A stretch of 64,000 nucleotides of DNA from Longimicrobiales bacterium (lineage in GTDB: Bacteria; Gemmatimonadota; Gemmatimonadetes; Longimicrobiales; Gaopeijiaceae), in NCBI GenBank assembly GCA_041690395.1, contig JAWLHJ010000002.1, forward strand, positions 1-64,000, written 5' to 3'. Below, in pieces: positions 1-10,762 of the stretch. The translations under genes were made by a program, and so were the position numbers. Position 1 is the first letter of the stretch. Each line of letters starts with the position of its first letter. Under the pieces are notes generated by a model. It did not search any database. It was not told the origin of the DNA and saw only the letters and a list, made by a program, of their open reading frames with translations.

Positions 1-693
1 TTCACGCCCGAGCTCCGCGCCGAGGCGCTCGAGATCGTCAGCGAGTACCGCATGGGGCCCCTGTTCAACCCGCCCATGGTGTCCGGCCAGGGTGGCATCC
101 AGGCGGCCATCCACTGCCCCGGAGCCAACGGCGGCACGAACATCCCCGGCGGCACCGTCGCCGATCCCGAGACCGGCATCCTCTACACGGCCACCCAGCG
201 CGGATGCAGCGCGCCGCGCCTCCAGCCGGGCACGGACGTCGACCCCGAGTCGAACGTCGACTGGGTGTCGGTCGGACCCGGCGGTGTCGGTGGGCCGCAG
301 GGACTTCCGCTCGTGAAGCCCCCCTATTCCAGCATCACGGCCATCGACATGAACACGGGTGAGCACCTGTGGTCGATCCCGAACGGGTTCACGCCCGACC
401 GCATCAAGGACCACCCGGCGCTCCAGGGCGTCGATATCGGCAACACCGGCTCGACGGGCCACGCCACCGCCCTCGTCACGCGGAGCCTCTTCATCTACGC
501 GGAGGGACGTGGGGCACGACCGATCCTCTACGCCATCGACAAGCACACCGCCGAGCCCATCGGCCAGGTCGACATCCCGGCGCCCACCAACACCGCGCCC
601 ATGACCTTCATGCACGACGGCGACCAGTACATCGTGCTGTCCGTCGGATCCGGCGAGCTCCCGGGGTCGTTGGTGGCGCTCAAGCTGCCGTGA
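1..693 (+). CDS. PQQ-dependent (quinoprotein glucose-type) dehydrogenase, C-terminal part; 5' end outside window
   Basis: Frame 1 is open from base 1 (FTPELRAEALEIVSEYRMGPLFNPP). It carries CPGANGGTN, DPETGILY, GLPLVKPPYSSITAIDMNTGEHLW and APMTFMHDGDQYIV, typical of PQQ beta-propeller dehydrogenases. Confidence 0.85.
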   Translation, partial: FTPELRAEALEIVSEYRMGPLFNPPMVSGQGGIQAAIHCPGANGGTNIPGGTVADPETGILYTATQRGCSAPRLQPGTDVDPESNVDWVSVGPGGVGGPQGLPLVKPPYSSITAIDMNTGEHLWSIPNGFTPDRIKDHPALQGVDIGNTGSTGHATALVTRSLFIYAEGRGARPILYAIDKHTAEPIGQVDIPAPTNTAPMTFMHDGDQYIVLSVGSGELPGSLVALKLP

Positions 694-721
694 GGACAGC
701 GTCTCGACGCGAGTCGTCCGC

Positions 722-1795
722 ATGACACCGAAAGCACGCCTGATCGGGGCCCTCCTGGTGGGGGCCCCGATCGTTCATGGGGCCTGCGCGGCCCAGGAGA
801 GACCCGACATGCCCTCGAGCACGGGCATCACCGCCGTCGAAGGGATCGAGCTCGGACACCATACGCTCACGGAGCGCCCGACGGGGTGCACCGTGATCCT
901 CTCCCGCGCGGGAGCGGTAGGCGGCGTGGACGTGCGGGGCAGCGCGCCCGGCACCCGTGAGATCGCGCTCCTCGATCCGGTGAACATGGTGGAGGAGGTC
1001 CACGCCGTGGTGCTGTCGGGCGGGAGCGCGTTCGGGCTCGACGCGGCGTCCGGGGTCATGCGGTACCTGGACGAGCGCGACGTCGGATACCGGGTGGGCG
1101 ACAAGGTGGTCCCCATCGTGGTCGGCGCGATCCTCTACGACCTCGGACTGGAGGGCGACCGGAAGATCCGCCCCGGTCCGGAGTGCGGGTACGAAGCGGC
1201 AGCGGCGGCGACCACCGCCACGCCCGGTGAAGGCTCCGTGGGCGCCGGCGCCGGCGCGACCATCGGGAAGCTCCGCGGGAGCGGGCGGGCCATGCGGGGC
1301 GGCTTCGGCACGGCGTCGATCACGCTGGAGAGTGGACTCACCGTGGCCGCCGCGGTGGCGGTCAACGCCGTGGGGGACGTCGTCGACCCGGCCACCGGGG
1401 CCGTCGTGGCAGGCGTCCGGACCGAGGACGGCGGCGGGCTGGCCGACGCCCGCCGGCTGCTGCGCGAGGGCGCGACGACCGTGAGCGATGCCGTTCCGGG
1501 CGCGAACACGACCATCGGCGTGGTCGCCACGAACGCGACGCTGACGAAGGCGCAGGCCACCAAGGTGGCGCAGATGGCGCAGGACGGCCTTGCCCGAGCG
1601 ATTTACCCCGCCCATACGATGGGCGACGGCGACACCGTGTTCTCGCTGGCGACCGGCGTGCTCGAAGGACCGGCCGACGTGACCCGCATCGGCGCGCTCG
1701 CGGCCGACGTCATGGCCGAGGCGATCCTGCGGGCCGTGAGGGCGGCCGAGGGGCTGCCGGACCTGCCCGCGGTAAGGGACCTACCGGGCGGCTGA
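722..1795 (+). CDS. P1/S58 family peptidase (DmpA/ArgJ-like), with signal peptide
   Basis: Motifs TGCTV, VDVRGSAPGTRE, LSGGSAFGL, EGSVGAGAGA, GANTTIG (autoprocessing site) and PAHTMGDGD. Confidence 0.9.
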   Translation: MTPKARLIGALLVGAPIVHGACAAQERPDMPSSTGITAVEGIELGHHTLTERPTGCTVILSRAGAVGGVDVRGSAPGTREIALLDPVNMVEEVHAVVLSGGSAFGLDAASGVMRYLDERDVGYRVGDKVVPIVVGAILYDLGLEGDRKIRPGPECGYEAAAAATTATPGEGSVGAGAGATIGKLRGSGRAMRGGFGTASITLESGLTVAAAVAVNAVGDVVDPATGAVVAGVRTEDGGGLADARRLLREGATTVSDAVPGANTTIGVVATNATLTKAQATKVAQMAQDGLARAIYPAHTMGDGDTVFSLATGVLEGPADVTRIGALAADVMAEAILRAVRAAEGLPDLPAVRDLPGG

Positions 1796-1830
1796 GGCCG
1801 CCGCGTCGGTCGCCCACGGCCGCCGCCGGC

Positions 1831-1858
1831 TTGCTCCCGCCCGGAATCTGCCTAAGCT
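1831..1858 (+). promoter_or_regulatory. Putative sigma70-type promoter of icd
   Basis: TTGCTC-N16-TAAGCT, ending 66 bp before the icd ATG. Confidence 0.4.
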
Positions 1859-1924
1859 GTTGGGTCCCATTGGGCCCGGCGCCGCCCGAGCCCACGTCAC
1901 CGTGAACCCCAGGACGACCGACCC

Positions 1925-4150
<2,226 letters not shown>

Positions 4151-4152
4151 CC

Positions 4153-5496
4153 ATGACCGCCGCTCTCCAGCGGTTCACCAACGTCCGCCGGGACGAGGTG
4201 CTCCCGCTCCTCGCCTCGGCGCTCTTCTTCTTCTGCGTCCTCTCCGCGCTGATGGTCGTCCGGCCGGCGCGGGAAGCGCTCGGGATGCGGAGCGGGCTGG
4301 ACACGGTACGCTGGCTCTTCGTCGGCACGGCCGTCGTGACGCTGGCCGTGAACCCGGTCTTCGGTCTGCTGGTCGCCAAGTTCCGCCGCGTCTGGTTCAT
4401 CGCCGCGACCTACCTGTTCTTCGCCGCCAGCCTGCTCGTCTTCTGGGCGCTCCTGAGCTTCGCGCCGGAGGCGGTGGGTGAAGTGTCGGGCCGGGTCTTC
4501 TACGTCTGGTTCAGCGTCTTCAACCTGTTCAGTACGATGGTGTTCTGGGCGCTGATGGCGGACCGGTTCGCGTTCGAGCAGTCGAAGCGACTCTTCCCGA
4601 TCGTCGCGGTGGGCGGCACGGTCGGCGCCATCTTCGGGCCGTGGCTGGCCTGGGGGATCGTGGAGTCGGTGGGTACGGCGAACCTCATCCTGATCGCGGT
4701 CGGCTTCCTCTGCCTGGCCGTGATTGCCGCGTCGTGGGTGGCCGCGCTCCAGCCGCGCGAGGGAGCCGGGGAGGACGCGGAGCCGTCGACGCGGACTCCG
4801 CCCCCGGTCGACCGGACCGCAGTCATCGGTGGAAGCGCGTGGGAAGGCTTCCGGGCCGTGTTCAAGTCGCGATACCTGCTCGCCATCTGCGGATTCGTAC
4901 TGATCCTCGCCGTCATGGCGACGTTCATCTACTTCACGCGGCTGGCCATGGTCGCCGCCGTCGCCGACGAGACCGACGCCCGCACCGCGATGTTCGCCAA
5001 CATCGACATGTGGACGCAGATCGCGACGCTCGTCATGCAGCTCTTCGTCGCCGGCCACCTCATGAAGCGCATCGGCGTCTCGGTGACGCTGGCGCTTCTT
5101 CCCGTCACCGTGCTGCTCGGCTTCATCGGGCTGGCGATCGTGGGCACGATCACGGCGCTGATCCTCTTCGAAGCGACGTTCCGGGCGGTCCAGCGGGCCA
5201 TCATGCGCCCGGCCCGGGAGACGCTCTTCACCGTCGTGAGCCGCGAGGACAAGTACAAGGCCAAGGCCTTCATCGACACGTTCGTGTACCGTGGTGGCGA
5301 CGTCGTGGGCGCGTGGACGGAGGGGCTGCTCGGCCGCCTGGGGATGGGGCTCGCGGGTCTGGCGACGCTCGTCATGCCGTTGGCGATCGTATGGGGCGTC
5401 CTGGGCATCTGGCTCGGACGGGAGCAGGCCCGGATCGCCGATCGCATCGAGGCCGCCGCCGAGACCGATGAAACAGCCCTGCACGTCCGGGCGTAA
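4153..5496 (+). CDS. NTP/NDP exchange (ATP:ADP antiporter-like, MFS fold) transporter
   Basis: About 12 TM segments; FYVWFSVFNLF..MVFWALMAD, KRLFP, RPARETLFTVVSREDKYKAKAFIDTFVYRGGD. Confidence 0.85.
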   Translation: MTAALQRFTNVRRDEVLPLLASALFFFCVLSALMVVRPAREALGMRSGLDTVRWLFVGTAVVTLAVNPVFGLLVAKFRRVWFIAATYLFFAASLLVFWALLSFAPEAVGEVSGRVFYVWFSVFNLFSTMVFWALMADRFAFEQSKRLFPIVAVGGTVGAIFGPWLAWGIVESVGTANLILIAVGFLCLAVIAASWVAALQPREGAGEDAEPSTRTPPPVDRTAVIGGSAWEGFRAVFKSRYLLAICGFVLILAVMATFIYFTRLAMVAAVADETDARTAMFANIDMWTQIATLVMQLFVAGHLMKRIGVSVTLALLPVTVLLGFIGLAIVGTITALILFEATFRAVQRAIMRPARETLFTVVSREDKYKAKAFIDTFVYRGGDVVGAWTEGLLGRLGMGLAGLATLVMPLAIVWGVLGIWLGREQARIADRIEAAAETDETALHVRA

Positions 5497-5556
5497 GAGG
5501 GTACGTTCGCCCCGAGCGGGTCGCGTGACCCGTCCCTCGTCAGGTTGGAGGATTCC

Positions 5557-6270
5557 GTGCACGCCGTGAAACAGGCGCACATCGCCACCGTGTTCCTCGT
5601 CCTCCTGCTGGCCGCCTGTGCCGCGGGTCCCGAGCCGGCGCCGCCCGCGCCCACTTCCCCACCACCCGAGGCCACGGCATCCGGCGACACCCTCTCGAAC
5701 GCCGAGATCGAGGCGATCTACCGGCAACGCATCGAGCAGAGCCGGACCCGCTTCACGGAAGCGGACGTCCGCTTCATGACCCACATGATCCACCACCACG
5801 CACAGGCGGTGGAGATCTCGCGGTTCGCGCCGGATCGCGCGGCCAGCGGCCAGATCAAGACGCTCGCCGCGCGGATCATCAACGCGCAGCGTGACGAGAT
5901 CGCCCTCATGCAGCGCTGGCTGGAGGACCGGGGGCAGCCGGTGCCCGCGCTTCACGAGATGGGCGGGCGGATCATGGTTCACGCACCCGGCATGGACCAC
6001 GACATGTCCGACATGTCGGGCATGCCCGGGATGCTGTCCCCCGAGCAGGTCGACCGGCTCGAGGCCTCGAGCGGCGAGACCTTCGACCGGCTCTTCCTGA
6101 CCTATATGATCGAGCACCACCAGGGCGCCGTCACCATGGTGCGCGAGCTGTTCGCGACGGATGGCGCCGGCCAGGACGAGGACGTGTTCCGCTTCGCGTC
6201 CGACGTCCAGGTCGACCAGAACACCGAGGTAGCGCGCATGCAACTCATGCTCGACGCGATGCCACGCTGA
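5557..6270 (+). CDS. DUF305 domain lipoprotein (ferritin-like, His/Met-rich)
   Basis: Lipobox LAAC; ADVRFMTHMIHHHAQAVE, Q..EI..M, MPGM, FDRLFLTYMIEHHQGAVTM. GTG start follows GGAGG. Confidence 0.9.
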   Translation: MHAVKQAHIATVFLVLLLAACAAGPEPAPPAPTSPPPEATASGDTLSNAEIEAIYRQRIEQSRTRFTEADVRFMTHMIHHHAQAVEISRFAPDRAASGQIKTLAARIINAQRDEIALMQRWLEDRGQPVPALHEMGGRIMVHAPGMDHDMSDMSGMPGMLSPEQVDRLEASSGETFDRLFLTYMIEHHQGAVTMVRELFATDGAGQDEDVFRFASDVQVDQNTEVARMQLMLDAMPR

Positions 6271-6303
6271 CGTAACCCCACTCCACGCACAGGAGCACCA
6301 CAC

Positions 6304-8331
6304 ATGTCCGATCGTTCCCCGTCCACCCGCACGGCCGGGCGCTTCCGCGCCGGGCTGTGGGCCCTCGCGGCCGGCGTCACCGTAGGCGCCACGGCCTGCG
6401 CCTCGTCCGGCGGCATGTCCGCGCCGACGGGCCCCGCTCCCGAGCGCCAGATCTTCCCGCTCTCCTCGTACGACGCACCGTCGCCGGATCCGCGCGTCGG
6501 GTTGGGCGCCGGGCTCATGGATGCCGAGGAGGCGATCTGGAACATGCGGAAGGTGTCCTCGACGCCCCCGCCGCCCGAGTTCATCGGGGTGACGAACTCC
6601 GACCTGGCGTTCACGGGCCCGTACGCCATCCAGGGGAACTACAACGGCTTCCAGGTCTGGGACATCTCGACCCCGGCCGCGCCCTCGCTCGAGATCGGCT
6701 TCGTGTGCCCGGCATCGCAGAGCGACGTCTCGGTCTACGAGAACCTGCTCTTCGTCTCGGGCGAAGGGCTCGGTGGCCGACTCGATTGCGGCACGGAGGG
6801 CGTCGAGACCGCCGTGAGCGAGGTCCGGCTCCGCGGTATCCGTATCTTCGACATCACGGACATCCGGAACCCGCGCTACATCTCCAACGTGCAGACGTGC
6901 CGCGGATCGCACACCCACACGGTCCTGAAGGACCCCGACGACAACGACAACGTCTACATCTACGTGTCCGGCTCCGCGCCGGTCCGTCCCGAGGCGGAGC
7001 TTCCCGGCTGCGTGAACGCCGCGCCCGACGAGGATCCGAACTCGGCGCTCTTCCGCATCGAGGTCATCCGGGTACCGCTCGCCAACCCGGAGCAGGCCGC
7101 GATCGTCAGCTCGCCGCGCATCTTCGAGGACCTCGTGGCTCCGCCCACGCACGGTCCCTCCCCCGCCGACCTCGCGGAGATCGAGGCGGCCCGCGAGCGC
7201 GGGGCGTTCATCGTGGAGATCATGGGCGAGACCATGGTGATGCCGGAGCAGGCCGTGCAGAGCCTGCTCGGACAGGTCGTGGAAGCCCGAGGCGGCACCG
7301 GCGCCCCGACGGCCGCCGACAGCGCCGCGCTGCGTGAGCGGCTGCCCGAGATCGTCCGTCAGATGGTGGGCGCCCCCGAAGGCGACCCCGACGGTCCCGA
7401 GCCGGGGCCCACGCAGTGCCACGACATCACCGTCTACCCCGCGATCGACCGGGCCGGCGGAGCGTGTGAGGGCTACGGGCTGCTGCTCGACATCAGCGAC
7501 CCGGTGAACCCGGTCCGCATCGACGCCGTGGCCGACTCGAACTTCGCGTACTGGCACTCCGCCACCTTCAGCAACGACGGGAGCAAGGTGCTGTTCACGG
7601 ACGAGTGGGGCGGCGGCGGCGGGCCCAAGTGCCGCGTCGACGATCCCATGGAGTGGGGCGCGAACGCCATCTTCGACATCGAGGACGACGAGATGCGCTT
7701 CCGGAGCTACTACAAGCTCCCCGCGCCGCAGACGTCGCTCGAGAACTGCGTGGCCCACAACGGCTCGCTGATCCCGGTGCCGGGGCGCGACATCATGATC
7801 CAGTCCTGGTACCAGGGCGGCTTGTCGCTCTTCGACTGGACCGATCCCGACAACATCGTCGAGATCGCGTTCCACGACCGCGGTCCGGTGGACCCCGACC
7901 GGCAGGCGTCGGGCGGGAGCTGGTCCGTCTACTGGTACAACGGCATGATCGTCAGCTCCGAGATCGCGCGCGGACTCGACATCTTCGAGCTCACCCCGAG
8001 CCCGTACCTAACGCAGAACGAGATCGACGCCGCGAACACCGTGCAGCTGGAGTACCTGAACGCGCAGGGCCAGCCCGTGAACGAGTGGCCCCCGTCGTTC
8101 GCACTCGCGCGGGCGTTCACCGACCAGCTGGAGCGGTCGGCCGGGCTGAGCATGGCCCGGATCGGCGCCGTGCGCGCGGCGCTGTCGGCGGCGGAGCGGG
8201 CGTCGGGCTCGGCTCGGGCGCAGACGCTGAATGCGCTGGCCGGCGAGCTGGAGGGTGAGGCGTCCAGGAGCTCGGACGCCGCGAAGGTCAGGATGCTGGT
8301 GGAGGCGGTGCGGGAGTTGGCGAGCGCCTGA
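6304..8331 (+). CDS. LVIVD-repeat secreted (lipo)protein
   Basis: NSDLAF, GNYNGFQVWDIS, CPASQSDVSVY, VQTCRGSHTHT, CHDITV, YWHSATF, ENCVAHNG, QSWYQGG. This family is commonly paired with DUF305. Confidence 0.85.
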   Translation: MSDRSPSTRTAGRFRAGLWALAAGVTVGATACASSGGMSAPTGPAPERQIFPLSSYDAPSPDPRVGLGAGLMDAEEAIWNMRKVSSTPPPPEFIGVTNSDLAFTGPYAIQGNYNGFQVWDISTPAAPSLEIGFVCPASQSDVSVYENLLFVSGEGLGGRLDCGTEGVETAVSEVRLRGIRIFDITDIRNPRYISNVQTCRGSHTHTVLKDPDDNDNVYIYVSGSAPVRPEAELPGCVNAAPDEDPNSALFRIEVIRVPLANPEQAAIVSSPRIFEDLVAPPTHGPSPADLAEIEAARERGAFIVEIMGETMVMPEQAVQSLLGQVVEARGGTGAPTAADSAALRERLPEIVRQMVGAPEGDPDGPEPGPTQCHDITVYPAIDRAGGACEGYGLLLDISDPVNPVRIDAVADSNFAYWHSATFSNDGSKVLFTDEWGGGGGPKCRVDDPMEWGANAIFDIEDDEMRFRSYYKLPAPQTSLENCVAHNGSLIPVPGRDIMIQSWYQGGLSLFDWTDPDNIVEIAFHDRGPVDPDRQASGGSWSVYWYNGMIVSSEIARGLDIFELTPSPYLTQNEIDAANTVQLEYLNAQGQPVNEWPPSFALARAFTDQLERSAGLSMARIGAVRAALSAAERASGSARAQTLNALAGELEGEASRSSDAAKVRMLVEAVRELASA

Positions 8332-8380
8332 CGGCGCCAGGCGGCTTGGGGCCGGCTCCGTAATCAACGGCCCGGGTCGG

Positions 8381-8408
8381 GGGATGCTCCCCGGCCCGGG
8401 CTTTCGTT
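8381..8408 (+). terminator. Putative intrinsic terminator between convergent genes
   Basis: Hairpin CCCGGGTCGGGGGA-TGC-TCCCCGGCCCGGG followed by CTTTCGTT. The stem begins near 8371 and the coordinates are approximate. Confidence 0.5.
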
Positions 8409-8458
8409 ATGGCATCGCAGGTCCAGGCTGCTCCCGAGGGCATGTGGGACAATCCCCG

Positions 8459-10660
8459 TCATCCCCCGTTCTCCCTCGTGTCGACGGAGCCGCTGATCCC
8501 ATCGGATCCACCGAACCTGGCCCGGAGGTGCTGAACGAACTCGTCGACCAGCGCCTCCGGAAGCGCAGGGTTCTGGATGATGGTGAGGTCTTCGAGCGCA
8601 GGCGGTGCCTCTTCCGCCGTGCCGATCCCATGGAGCCCAGACACGCTGGTCAGGAGCGGGTGCCCCGAGATGGACAAGACGACCAGACGGTGGGTCAGGG
8701 CCGAGAAGCCGTCGAGATGGGTCAGGCGCCCGTTTCCATGAAGCAGTAAGGAGTAGCCGACCCGCCGCAACGAAGGCATGTCGACGGCTTCGAGGGCGTC
8801 GTTCTCACCGATCTCGATTCTGAGCGCCTCCTCGAGCAACGGAAGGGAGACGGACTCGAGCAGAGGAAGGCGCTGGAAGATCATGTGCTCCGTGGCCCGG
8901 CGGAGCACCGGCAGGGACACGCTCAGGAGACCCGGGGCGTCGGCGACCTGCAGGAAGCCTACTGCTTCGAGAGCGTGAACTTCGAACAGGCTCTCGAGCT
9001 GGTTCGGACCCTGCAGGATCAACGTCGTGGCCCGCTCGAGCGAGGGAAGTACGAGCTCCTGCAGGCTCGGCGTGAGCCAGATCTCGAGTCGTTCCGCCTC
9101 GCGGAGCGCAGGCATCGAGATTCGGCGCAACGTCTCGACACCAGTGACGAGCAGACCGGAGTATTCTACCGTCGTGTCCCCCACACGTTCGAGCAGAGGA
9201 GCGCTCAGTTCCTCGAACACGCCGCCGTCCAGGAGAAACGTGCCCCCGACCTCTGTAAGCTTCGGCAGGTCCACCTCGGCTACGGGGTTGTCGGCCAGGG
9301 TGAAATGCCTTCCGACCCGACCGAGCGATGGTACCGAGAGATCGGGGAGAAGCGTACTGCGGATGGAGAAGTCCTTCTCCACTGATTCGAGCAATGGGAG
9401 GGCCAGGGTCTCGAGCGCCGGGTTCGAGCAGATGTCGATCGATGCGGTCGAGCGCAGCATCGGTAGCGACAGCGATCGGAGAAGCGGATTCGAACACACC
9501 CTGATGACCCGAAGGTCCTCCACGTATTCGGCCGGCGGCGGAACCACCACATCAGGCGTACAAGATCCGCCCACGACCTCCAGCGCCGGAGCTTCGACCG
9601 AAGTGACATGCGCCAGCCGGAAGAATCCCTCTACGCACCGCAGAGCGGGCACGGAAACCGTCCTGAGGCCACCGTCCTGGACCTCGTCCCCAACCGTGAA
9701 TCCGCCCCGAACAACGTCGAGCGACGGGAGCTCCAGTCGCTCCACTGGGCCGTTGGGAAACAACAGGTTCCCGGTCCGCTTCAATGCGGGCAGGAACGGG
9801 GTCCCTGCCGGAAGCATGACCCACGCGGCATAGATCCCGGCGTCGACATCCTCGAGCCGCGGGAACTCCGCGGACACCAGGGCCGGTAGGTCGGAGAGCA
9901 TGAGCGTCCCCCCGACACGTGTCAGTCGCTCCACGCTCGCGAGGGACCTCAATTCATGCAGCTGCTCGAAGACGAGATCCCCGCCGACTTCGGTCAGAGA
10001 CCTGAATCCATCCCCGAGGTCGGACAGGGACGTGCTCCCGCGGATCGTAAGTGTGCCACCGACGCGCTCGAGGCGCGCGAGGCCGTCGACATTGGCGAGG
10101 TGGGCCGCATCGATCGTGACGTTGCCCTCCACGACCCGTAGAGCCCCCAGCCCGTCGACCTCAGACACATCTGAATTCGTGACGACAACGTCGCCGGAGA
10201 TATGGGTATATCCCCCATACGCGGCCTCGCTCAACGCTTTCTGCGTCTCGATCCGTAGGCCGGGGTAGGTGACCACCGCCTCTCGGTCGAACGCTACCTC
10301 ACGCTCGATACGAACATTGCCAGCGGAGGCCGATATCGTCGCCGTGCCCTCGGAAACCGCAGTCGCGATGCCTGTCGACGGATCGACGGCAATCACGTCC
10401 GGACGACTCGAACCCCATGTGACCGTGGGAAAGATGGCGTTGCCGCCGCGGTCCCTGAAGACCGCTCGGAAAGCCCTCTCCTGACCCTCATAGGTGAAGG
10501 CGAAATCGTCTCCGGGGAATTCCGCGGTGCCGTTCTCCAGCGCGACGGCCGTGGGGTCCGTGGAGCATCCGGACAGCAGGATGGCGGTGGCGCAAAGGAC
10601 AACGGAAGGACGCCAGCTACAGCGATGGATCGCCATAACGCGCTCGACTGTGTACCGCAC
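8459..10660 (-). CDS. Lipoprotein with Ig-like (Big_2) domain and about 20 receptor-L-domain/leucine-rich repeats
   Basis: Lipobox LLSGC; Big_2-like VTWGSSRPDVIAVDPSTGIATAVSEGTATISASAG; repeats of L..V.G.L.I..N..L..L.LP.L. The start could be the ATG at 10636. Confidence 0.8.
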   Translation of the reverse strand: MRYTVERVMAIHRCSWRPSVVLCATAILLSGCSTDPTAVALENGTAEFPGDDFAFTYEGQERAFRAVFRDRGGNAIFPTVTWGSSRPDVIAVDPSTGIATAVSEGTATISASAGNVRIEREVAFDREAVVTYPGLRIETQKALSEAAYGGYTHISGDVVVTNSDVSEVDGLGALRVVEGNVTIDAAHLANVDGLARLERVGGTLTIRGSTSLSDLGDGFRSLTEVGGDLVFEQLHELRSLASVERLTRVGGTLMLSDLPALVSAEFPRLEDVDAGIYAAWVMLPAGTPFLPALKRTGNLLFPNGPVERLELPSLDVVRGGFTVGDEVQDGGLRTVSVPALRCVEGFFRLAHVTSVEAPALEVVGGSCTPDVVVPPPAEYVEDLRVIRVCSNPLLRSLSLPMLRSTASIDICSNPALETLALPLLESVEKDFSIRSTLLPDLSVPSLGRVGRHFTLADNPVAEVDLPKLTEVGGTFLLDGGVFEELSAPLLERVGDTTVEYSGLLVTGVETLRRISMPALREAERLEIWLTPSLQELVLPSLERATTLILQGPNQLESLFEVHALEAVGFLQVADAPGLLSVSLPVLRRATEHMIFQRLPLLESVSLPLLEEALRIEIGENDALEAVDMPSLRRVGYSLLLHGNGRLTHLDGFSALTHRLVVLSISGHPLLTSVSGLHGIGTAEEAPPALEDLTIIQNPALPEALVDEFVQHLRARFGGSDGISGSVDTRENGG

Positions 10661-10722
10661 ACGCGGGGACCGGGTAGGTCCTTACTGCTCGGAGGGTGCG
10701 TGCGCCCGAGCGCCTGAGGGAA

Positions 10723-10751
10723 AGCTTATATTGTGCGAAACGGTCCCGCAA
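10723..10751 (-). promoter_or_regulatory. Putative sigma70-type promoter of the L-domain lipoprotein gene
   Basis: Minus strand TTGCGG-N17-TAAGCT in an AT-rich patch. The -10 hexamer is the same as in the icd candidate. Confidence 0.45.
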
Positions 10752-10762
10752 GATCGCCCGAA

